A program made the translations under genes and the position numbers. The notes below the pieces were generated by a model. That model saw nothing but the letters and a program-made list of their open reading frames with translations. It did no database searches and was not told the DNA's origin. DNA of 18,865 nt. Origin: Octopus sinensis (taxonomy: Eukaryota). The stretch spans positions 1 through 18,865 of the forward strand of contig NW_021824381.1 of assembly GCF_006345805.1 (NCBI RefSeq). The letters are read 5' to 3'. This document shows, piece by piece, positions 9,168-18,865 of this stretch; positions within the stretch are counted from its first letter, which is position 1; every line of letters starts with the position of its first letter.

Positions 9168-9183
9168 TGTTATTTTTATTGAT

Positions 9184-9299
9184 TTCAAATTTCGCCGAGA
9201 TCGACTTTACCTTTCATCCTTTTGAGGTCGATAAATTAAGTACAAGTTAAGTACTGGGGTCGATGTAATCGACTATCCCCCTCCTCCAAATTTCAGGCC
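9184..9299 (+). mobile_element. 5'- and 3'-truncated tRNA-derived SINE fragment
   Basis: TTCAAATTTCGCCGAG.TCGACTTT.CCTTTCATCCTTT...GTCGATGTAATCGACT matches 17148-17238 and diverges afterwards. Confidence 0.85.
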
Positions 9300-10357
9300 G
9301 TGGTTACTGATGCGCAGACATGCGCTGAGGTTGCTGCATCTCCAGCGTTTCCATGACGGTGAGGTGTGGCCCCCGTTTGTAAGACACGCTTTTCCACAGC
9401 TCGTCTCTTTAACCGAGCTGCAATCCTGGGTTAGGCGTAGACCGAGGAGGGACGCTTGGCATCTCGAGTGCCGTCAAGCGCTCACAGCCCTCTTCCAGAC
9501 AGACAATGCGGTCGGTGGTAGTTCTTCTCTAGCGTTCTATTGAAGGCTAGTGGAGGGAAAGTGCGACGACATTCTCGGGGAAACTCTGGGCGTCGATGAA
9601 GATCAACTAAACGGTCTATTTTGGAGAACTTTCGGGCCTGGACCTATGAATAACTTCCAGAAATCCCTTGCTTGGCAGTGCTACCGAGGTGCGCTTCCTG
9701 TTCAGGATAAACTTTACAAGCACAGAAGTACTGACAGCCAGACCTGCCCGGGGTGCACCCAGAACGATGAAACTGTTCTGCACGCTCTAGTCCATTGTCC
9801 GAGTATTACCTGACCTGTGGGTTTGTATCGAACACCTACTGTCGCGCGTTGGACGGATCCGACTATCAGCCGATTCCATTGGGAAGATTTCCCCGCCACC
9901 CTTTTTTGGCCGGGATGGGAGGGCAATTTTTATTTGTCTAGTGGCTGTAGCGAAAGAGGTAGTATGGTGGACCCGTTTGAAAGGACTAAAGACAATTTCC
10001 TCTTTGGTCAGGCTCTCATCTTTCAATTGAAAAGGACATTGAGGGTGGAGAGGGAAGTGTTGCCTTGTAGCATGTTTGTTGAAAGGTGGATGAATGTTGG
10101 AAGAATGGCCAATGTGAAAGGACCAATTCTGAGCGTCCACCTGTAAACAAAAGAAGGGCTTTGCCCTGTGGCTTTTGCGGGTTTTTCCACGATGTCCTTA
10201 AAGCACCTACCCTGTTGGGAGTTTTAAATTGTTTAATTTTTGTTATTATATTGCCTACACTTTGTGAAATCCATTGTAATGTCCTGTTTTTGTATTTTGG
10301 GTTGTTGTATGTCTTTTAATGTAATTTTATGCGAACCCTTGTGGCCAAGAAAAGAAT
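9297..10357 (+). mobile_element. 5'-truncated Tx1/L1-clade retrotransposon (family B) with (TTC)n tail
   Basis: MRRHALRLLHL, MNNFQKSLAWQCYRGALPVQDKLYKH, CPGC..ETVLHALVHCP, stop TAA at 10144-10146. Paralogous to 3470-4330 but clearly diverged. Tail (TTC)n at 10358-10390. Confidence 0.85.
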
Positions 10358-10362
10358 TTCTT

Positions 10363-11438
<1,076 letters not shown>

Positions 11439-11498
<60 letters not shown>

Positions 11499-11509
11499 TA
11501 TTATTATTA

Positions 11510-11552
<43 letters not shown>
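11439..11552. repeat. (TTA)n, 5' flank of R4-like copy 2
   Basis: Direct inspection. Confidence 0.95.
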
Positions 11553-11553
<1 letters not shown>

Positions 11554-11562
11554 GATTTCAAA

Positions 11563-11685
11563 GTACTCTTTAGTATTTCAAGATAATTCTATGTAATTTT
11601 GGTAAATATATCTGTTACAATGAGATGTCAGTGTTATTTTCATTTCTGCGTAATTTAGACGACTGTTTATTCACCGCACCCTGTA
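11563..11685 (-). mobile_element. Probable Tc1/mariner terminal fragment (one TIR end)
   Basis: Minus strand begins TA|CAGGGTGCGGTGAATAA, a typical Tc1-like terminus at a TA site. No partner TIR in the window. Confidence 0.45.
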
Positions 11686-11847
11686 TATATACATATATGT
11701 GAATATAAATATACACAGTTACACATATGTACGTATGTGTATGGATGGATGGATGGATGGATGAATAAAAGTTGCATAGAGCCACACACACCAATACACA
11801 CACATATATATATGCATATATATTACATATTGTACATATATGTTTTT

Positions 11848-11985
11848 ATCGATCCCAGTACTTATTTGTTTACCTCTGGTGCTTATCCTCTCGTTTCTCT
11901 TTTGCCGAAGCGCAAGCTAACGGGGACGTAAATAAACCGACATCGCTTGTCGAATAGCGGAGGGAGACAAACACACACAGACACG
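11848..11985 (-). mobile_element. Internal fragment of OR-type SINE
   Basis: TCTCTTTTGCCGAA...AACGGGGACGTAAATAAACCGACATCGCTTGTC...GGAGACAAACAC parallels 15608-15705. Confidence 0.7.
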
Positions 11986-11991
11986 CATGTC

Positions 11992-12023
<32 letters not shown>

Positions 12024-12068
12024 TGTATGTATGTATGTATGTATGTATGTATGTATGTATGTATGTAT

Positions 12069-14564
12069 ATCAGTTTATGATATAGGCAAGAAAGTTCTGG
12101 GATTGATACAAAGAAAGCATCAAGATTGGTTCAAAGAAAATGATGAACATATAGATGATTTATTGGCTGATAAAAGACGTACTTTGTCACGCTATTTGTC
12201 AGCAAAGCCACAGGAAAGGGAAGTGTTGCATAGGGAACTCAAGGACGTAAAATCACGTGTGAGGCAAAGGCTCTCTCAGATGAGGGATACGTGGTGTAGT
12301 AAGAAGGCTGATGAGATACAGGCGGCATCAGATTCCAATAACACAAAGCTGTTGTATAGTCCCTTGCGAGAAGTTTATGAACCGACGTCTTCCCTGATGA
12401 CACCACTTCGAAGCAAAGATGGTAAAGAACTTCTTCGGGATTCACAAGGAATTCTGCGAAGGTGGCAAGAACACTTTGATGAACTTTTGAATCAGCAGTC
12501 TGTAGTTAGTGAGGATGTTCTCAATCTCATCCCTGGATTGCCTGTGAAGGCAGCACTCGCGGAACCACCAAAGTTGGAAGAAGTTGCAATGGCTGTCTCA
12601 AGGTTGAATAATGGGAAGTCTCCGGGTATGGATGGCATACATGCGGAGTTGTTACAGCATGGTGGTGAGAAACTTCTGCAGAAACTTCACTCTTTGTTTG
12701 GTAAGATATGGACTAGTGAATCTGTACCTGAGGACTGGAGAGATGCAGTAATGGTGGTCCTGTATAAGGGAAAGGGCAACAGGAATGATTGTGGTAATTA
12801 TAGGGGAGTATCATTGCTGTCCGCTGTAGGAAAGGTTTTATGCAGGATACTTCTGGATCGTCTGCTGAAATACATTGCAGATTGTGTTCTTCCAGAAAGT
12901 CAATCTGGCTTTCGTGTTGGACGTGGCACTGCTGATATGATCTTTTCAGTTAGACAGCTTCAGGAAAAGTGTGTGGAACAGGGTCTGGATTTGTATCAAG
13001 TTTTTGTCAATCTGACAAAAGCCTTTGATACCGTCAATAGAAAAGCATTGTTGAATGTCCTCCAGAAACGTGGGTGTCCTGAAAAGTTCCTTGCTTTGGT
13101 TAGGTCTTTTCATGAAGACATGAATGGTAGGGTGAATGTTAGAGGGAAAATGTCGGAGCCCATTTCAATACAAAATGGAGTGAAACAGGGGGATATTCTG
13201 GCACTGACCCTATTTCCCAAATATTTCGCGATGGTGTTCTGTATTGCATTCAGCAACTGCAGATACGGTGTCTACGTCCATTATCGAACATCTGGCAGTA
13301 TATTTAATATCAGGCGCCTTGCTGCAAAAACAAATGTATTTACCTCTATCATAAGAGACCTTTTGTATGCAGATGATTGTGAGCTAGTAGCACACACAGA
13401 GATTGATATGCAACACATTTTGAAAGCATTCTCTGATGCTTGCACTGCCTTAGAATTGACAGTCAATCTCAAGAAAACTGTTGTCATGCATCAACCTGCC
13501 CCTGGTAAGCAGTATAGTGTTCCAAATATCAATGTGTATGGTAAACGACTTGATGTAGTCGATCAGTTTGTCTACCTGGGAAGCACCATTAATAGATATG
13601 GAAATTTAGATGATGAAATTCCATATAGAATTAGGAAAGCAAGTGTTGCTTTCGGAAGGCTAGAAAGGCGCCTCTGGAGTCGGCGAGACATATGCAGAAA
13701 GACAAAGATAAAGGTGTACAAGGCATGTGTGCTCCCTTCTCTTCTCTATGCCTGCGAGACGTGGGTCACATATCGATACCACCTTAAACAACTGGAAAGT
13801 TTCCATCAGTTGTGCCTCAGACGGATCTATGGCATTAAGTGGAAGGACCGCACCCACCAGTGATCTTGAAATACTCGAAGGCTCTCGGTGTGAAAGTATA
13901 GAAGCTCTTGTGTTATAGCAAAGGCTCAGATGGAGTGGTCATCTGGTCAGAATGAAGGATTCAAGGATGCCAAAACAACTCTTTTATGGAGAGTTAGCTA
14001 AAGGAGAACGACCTCCGCATAAACCAAAAAAGAGGTATAAGGACTTGCCGAAGGCTTCCTTAAGAGATGCTTGCATCTCTCCTGACACATGGGAAGGCAT
14101 AGCTATTAATCGTAGCAGGTGGAGAAGGATTGTGCATGAGGGGACAGCCACTTTTGAGAAATCTCGAGTTGCACATGAGAAAGTAAGGAGGGATGTCAGG
14201 AAGGGCATCGCTGTTACACTCCCAGAAGGGAAGGGTCTTCCTTTGATGCTGACATGCAATGTCTGTGCAAGACCCTGCCTCAGTAAAGCTGGTCTCAAGA
14301 GTCATCTTCGTCGTCATAAAATGAGACAGATGAGTGACAAGCTGGCCACTGGTGGTGGTGTAACACACCATACTAATCATATCTGTCGGGCATGATAGAG
14401 AGTGTAATTCGGCAGGAGGACTTAAACGACATGCAAAGGTATATGAAGCCCAGTTACAACTACAGCCAGCTATTACCGGTAAAAGTATTAGTTGCCAATT
14501 CTGTACAAGACATTGTAGATCTTTAGCTGGGCTAAAAAGTCACATTCGATCACAGCACCAGTAA
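12069..14564 (+). pseudogene. Disrupted RTE reverse transcriptase ORF with C-terminal C2H2 zinc-finger array
   Basis: GKSPGMDGI, NYRGVSLLS, ESQSGFR, FVNLTKAFD, GVKQGD, LLYADD, FVYLGS, QRLRWSGHLVRM, KQLFYGEL. +1 frameshift near 13850-13856, TAG at 13916-13918, 2-nt deletion near 14393, terminal TAA at 14562-14564. Confidence 0.92.
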
Positions 14565-14614
14565 CAGTTAAGCTTCTTGCAATACCCATACTCGATAACG
14601 AGGGGGCAGCCATA
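12069..14614 (+). mobile_element. 5'-truncated RTE-clade LINE flanked by (ATGT)n
   Basis: RT plus RTE-type C-terminus. The 3' UTR has hairpin CTCG-ATAA-CGAG (14591-14602) then GGGGCAGCCATA. (ATGT)n at about 11995-12068 and 14615-14700. Confidence 0.92.
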
Positions 14615-15409
14615 ATGTATGTTTGTATGTATGTATGTATGTATGTATGTATGTATGTATGTATGTATGTATGTATGTATGTATGTATGTATGTATGTAT
14701 GTGTGCGTGTGTGTGCGTGTATATTTATATACACACACACACGTATACATGTTTGTATGTATGTGTGCATGTTTATACGTATAGTTATATATTTATATAA
14801 GCATATGTGTGTGTATGTACACACACACAAACACACATGCAGATGAGACATATTTCCTGAACCCGTCTCACCCTCACCCTTGTTAGAACAACTAATCATT
14901 GCAGCTCACTAGTTCTAAGTTTGTTGTATTAACTAGTATTTTACAAATCACAGACTTCTACTTTTTATCAGTTATTTACAAAAGTCCTATCTATAAAAGA
15001 TCACTTTAGTAAACCCATAAACACCGCCATATCTTCACACTTATTGCCTACGTTGCGTAAATAATTCTGAATTCTGAAAAGCAATTTTATAATTTTGGAA
15101 CCTGTATAATTTTGATAACATATATCATTCTGTAAATTGCAGTTCGTGATTTATCAATCAGCCAACCACCATACGTACATGGCCGTCTTGATAATCAACC
15201 GCCAGTCGTAAATGTTGCATATTTACAATGAAAGAGTCGCCACTCTGACTCCTGTCAAAATACGCGTGTGGACTGACAACGAGGGAGTGGTGCTAGAGCT
15301 GGGAAATCTTGCATGCATTCATTTCAATCATTCTTCCCAGAAACGGAATTGATTCTTTCCAGGTAAACTGACATCTGACTGTTGACAGATAGATAGATCA
15401 TATATATAT

Positions 15410-15476
<67 letters not shown>

Positions 15477-15514
15477 GTATATACATATCTTTATGTATAT
15501 ATATATATATATTA

Positions 15515-15760
15515 TTTGCTTCAGTCATTTGACTGCGGCCATGCTGGAGTACCATCTTTAGTCGAACGAATCGACCCCAGGACTTATTATATGTGAGTCT
15601 AGTACTTATTCTATCGCGCTCTTTTCCGAACCGGTAAGTTACGGGGACATAAACACACCAACGTCGGTTGTCCGGTTGTCAAGCGATGGTGGGGTGACAA
15701 ACACAGACAAACAAACATATAAACACACAGACAAACACACACACACACACACATACACAC

Positions 15761-15792
<32 letters not shown>

Positions 15793-15955
15793 GGCGGGAT
15801 TCTTTCAGTTTGCGTCTACCAAATTCACTCACAGAGCTTTGGTCGGCCCGAGGCTATAGCCTAGGGAACACTTGTCCAAGGTGCCACGCAGTGGGACTGA
15901 ACCCGGAAACATGTGGTTGGGAAGTAAACTTCTTATCACGTACCCACGCCTGCGC
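15515..15955 (-). mobile_element. Near full-length tRNA-derived SINE (OR-type) with internal (CA)n
   Basis: Minus strand: tRNA-like head with B-box-like GGGTTCAGTCCC, CORE-like GGCACCTTGGACAAGTG, internal (TG)n, tail ...CAGCATGGCCGCAGTCAAATGACTGAAGC. Confidence 0.88.
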
Positions 15956-16100
15956 ATAATTGACAACGAAGACGTGAGTGGAGATTTATTCACATTCAAA
16001 ACATTTTATGAAAAAAAAATCCTTATATGCCTATAATGATACACATCACAGAAGAACAGAATGGACTAAGCGGAGCAGGAGCACACACGAGGACGGAAGG

Positions 16101-16145
16101 TGTCGCTGAAGAGATCACAAATGTGAGACGAAAGATTTCCGGACA
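16101..16145 (+). ncRNA. Minimal type I hammerhead motif with intact core (HHR-7)
   Basis: Stem I TGTCG(16101-16105)/CGGACA(16140-16145, one bulge); CTGAAGA(16106-16112); stem II G.TCAC-AAAT-GTGA..C; GAA(16130-16132); AGATTT(16133-16138), one change from palindrome AGATCT; C17 at 16139. Confidence 0.6.
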
Positions 16146-16259
16146 ATGGACATCAGTTAAAATATGAACAGTAATAAACGAGTGAAGAACGAATATATGG
16201 TGCGTGTGTTTATTTGGCAAAAAATAAATCATCCCAAAATATAACAATATATATAATTC

Positions 16260-16411
16260 TTTTGAAAATGTACCAAATTTGGTATCTTGGTTTTATTAAG
16301 TATCTGTAGAATGGTTTTAGCTCCCAAGGACATTCATGCTGAGATACTTGTTTCTTTTGTGGATGGCACTCCAGCTTTATCAACAGTGCAAAAGTGGGCC
16401 GCTGAATGTAG

Positions 16412-16480
<69 letters not shown>

Positions 16481-16650
16481 TTGAGGCTGACCCAAGGTCT
16501 GGGCATCCTGCAACTGCCACCACAGTGGAAAACATTAATCATGTCCACCGCATATTGATGGATGATACGTGATTGACTATAAATCAATTAGCCAATGCTA
16601 TTAGCATATCCCCTGAGAGAGTTGAGAATATTCTGCCCAATGACTCGGCT
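16260..16650 (+). pseudogene. Mariner-family transposase N-terminal (HTH) remnant interrupted by (AG)n
   Basis: LAPKDIHAEIL...PALSTVQKWAAECRR-(AG)n-ESLEADPRSGHPATATT.ENI..VH.ILMDD.*LTINQLANAISIS.ERVENIL matches mariner DNA-binding domains. Confidence 0.85.
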
Positions 16651-17071
16651 TTTAAATGTGTATATATGTATATCTGAACAAACTCATGCTTATATAGATA
16701 TAAATGTGCATATATGTACGGGCATGTTGTACGTACAAACGCGTGCATGTTGACTCTCTCTTTTTAATCTGGAATATATTTTGACCAGTCACAAGCTTGG
16801 TAGCAAGGTTGTGAAAGAAAGCTTCTTGTTTTGTTCATCATCTTTTAAAACCTAAGTTCTTGAAGATTTTTATAGTCCCAAATATCGTGATCACTTGTGT
16901 ATGAATTAAGGGTTTGCGTTCTTTCCCTAAGAACTTAAATTCAGTTATACTCTGCTCCAGAAGGGCTAGTATGTATCCTCTTGCTCCAATAATTGGATGA
17001 AATACAACTGTTATTGTTGTGCGTAGATGCTACCTTATCTATAGCGACAGAAACTGGATAGTTGATAGTTA

Positions 17072-17303
17072 AGGCGGCGAGCTGGTAGAAACGTTAGCAC
17101 GCCGGGCGAAATGCTTAGCGGTCTTTCGTCTGTCTTTACGTTCTAAGTTCAAATTTCGCCGAGGTCGACTTTGCCTTTCATCCTTTCGGGGTCGATTAAA
17201 TAAGTACCAGTTACGCACTGGCGTCGATGTAATCGACTTAATCGATTTGTCTGTCCTTGTTTGTCCCCTCTATGATCAGTCCCTTGTGGGCAATAAAGAA
17301 ATA
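17072..17303 (+). mobile_element. Full-length tRNA-derived SINE with 23-bp target site duplication
   Basis: A-box-like GGCGAGCTGGTAGAA, B-box-like AGTTCAAATTTC. TSD AGAAACTGGATAGTTG(A/G)TAGTTA at 17049-17071 and 17304-17326, one mismatch. Confidence 0.92.
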
Positions 17304-17547
17304 AGAAACTGGATAGTTGGTAGTTATGTGTTCTGATCTCAGACTCAGTTATAGTAATCTTAAGTATCAATAAAGGAATGCTGGTTGTTAAGTCTTAGTA
17401 CAGTAGACTGGACCGTACGGTCACATGGTCACACCATTGATCCTGTCTCCTCTCATCACCCAACGAACTTTTACGGATTCTCTACCTGGATTTTCTACTA
17501 CCGTACACTTCAGCTCACCTCTCCTACCCATGGATTACACTGGACTC

Positions 17548-17580
<33 letters not shown>

Positions 17581-17584
<4 letters not shown>

Positions 17585-17781
17585 TAATCCAAACAAGAAA
17601 ACACAGAAAAAAAGGGAAAAAAAAGAAAAAACACAGCAACGCAGGACGTGGAACAATTAAATTATTATTGACGCTCAGGAAAGAAGGGAAGGAGGGTTTA
17701 ACGTTTTGAGCGGAGCTCTTCGTCGGAAACAAGGAGAAGGAAAGATCCCGAGAAGGGAAGACAGAGGAGACAATATTTGAG
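17581..17781 (-). mobile_element. Related ~200-nt hammerhead-bearing element abutting (TA)n
   Basis: Shares GAAGAGC..GCTC.AAACGT...TTCCTGAGCG with 2026-2224. (TA)n at 17553-17580. Confidence 0.55.
17696..17730 (-). ncRNA. Ultra-minimal hammerhead motif with G12A change (HHR-8)
   Basis: Minus strand: GTTT, CCGACGA, A, GAGC-TCC-GCTC, AAA (G12 to A), ACGT, T, AAAC. Confidence 0.55.
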
Positions 17782-18039
17782 CTGGTGGTGCTTAAGAGAT
17801 CACATGTTGAAAAGAACAGAATTTGGAGGTAGTTGAAAAATGGTTTTATAATGCAAGAGAGTTCCAAAAAAAGGGAATGCCCGTGTGTGTGTGTGTGTGC
17901 AAGATGACAAGTGTGTTTGTGCGTGCACGTGTGTGTGTGTGTATTTTTGGTGAATAGATAATGACAAAGCCAGCTGTGGTGATGACTACTAGTTGTTTGT
18001 GTCAAGGTAGGTCAAAGACAGGTAAAAAAACATCATATG

Positions 18040-18865
18040 TGTGTGTTGTTTGTAGTGTGTGTGTGTTCGTGTGTGTATGCGTAGAGTGTGGGTGTGTGGC
18101 GTAACCCTAGTGCGTGTGTGCTTGTACGTGCGTGTGTGTGTGTAGGGGGATGTATATGTGGGTTCATTTGTGTGAGAGTGTATGTATGTACGTGTATGTG
18201 TGCGTTTGTATGTGTTTGTGTGTATGTGTGCGTGCGCGGATGGGTGTATATTGTGTATGTATATCTGTCGGTGTGTATGTGAGTTTCTGTGTGTTTGTAG
18301 GGTGTATGTGTGTGTGAGTGTATAGTATATATATATATGTAAATGTGTGTGTGTGCGTGTGTGTGTACGTGCGTGCGAGCGAATGTATGTATATATGTGT
18401 GCGTGTGTGTACAATGTAGGGGCTTATATGTGTGTTTATATGTGTGTGTGTATGTATGTGTGTATGTGTGTGTATGTGTATGTATGTATATATATATGCG
18501 TGTGTGTATGTATGTATGTGTGTGTGTATGCATGCGTGTGTGTATGTATGTATGTGTGTATGTGTGTGTGTATGTGTGTGTATGTATGTATGTATGTGTG
18601 TGTGTATGTGTGTGTGTATGTATGTAGTATGTACGTACGTATCTATGTATGTGTGGGTGTGTGTATGTATGTATGTACGTATGTGTGTATGTATCTATTT
18701 TTGCATGCGTGTATGTGTGTATGTGCGTGTGTGTACATATGTATGTTTATGTATGTGTGTGTATGTATGTATTTATGTATGTAGTGTATGTATGTGTGTG
18801 TGTATGTATGTATGTGTGCATGCGTGTATGTGTGCATGTGTGTGTGTTTGTATGTATGTATATAT
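18040..18865. repeat. Long degenerate (TG)/(TATG) low-complexity tract
   Basis: Direct inspection; source of all terminal C/V/Y- and H/T-rich ORFs. Confidence 0.95.

Noticed and set aside
11947-12068. N-terminal extension of the 638-aa ORF as a SINE/microsatellite-RT fusion protein
   Set aside because: Start is TTG in a SINE fragment followed by (ATGT)n read-through. The RT has a catalytic Asp to Asn change and a downstream frameshift.
12308-12400. Two CTGATGA matches (12308-12314, 12394-12400)
   Set aside because: Inside RTE coding sequence with no downstream GAAA-palindrome-stem I arrangement.
15341-15362. Possible 22-nt microexon (TTCTTCCCAG…CAG|GTAAAC)
   Set aside because: Weak donor, length not a multiple of three, no other supported exons.
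15870-17160. tRNA genes at SINE heads
   Set aside because: A/B-box-like motifs run directly into SINE core sequence; no complete cloverleaf.

Overview
AT-rich, microsatellite-dense, non-coding eukaryotic DNA made almost entirely of decayed transposable elements. The SINE families and repeat content look like an octopus (coleoid cephalopod) genome; this is recognition from memory, not a database hit. No intact host gene, RNA gene or CRISPR array is supported, and most ORF-track entries are microsatellite read-throughs. Protein-coding remnants: two Tx1/L1-clade families (3196-4758 with a short 3' copy at 7545-7708; 9297-10357), two R4/Dong-like RLE retrotransposons (8727-9105 +; 10462-11438 -), a 5'-truncated RTE LINE (12069-14614) and a mariner N-terminus (16260-16650), plus many tRNA-derived SINE pieces. 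Main second-look signals: (1) seven, possibly eight, degenerate minimal type I hammerhead ribozymes with palindromic helix III (Penelope-type) from several unrelated sequence families; (2) each non-LTR family sits in its own microsatellite (TATC, TAA, ATGT, TA; one with a TTC tail); (3) an RTE ORF ending in three tandem C2H2 fingers, two hidden by a frameshift; (4) a SINE whose 3' 47 nt match the Tx1 3' end.
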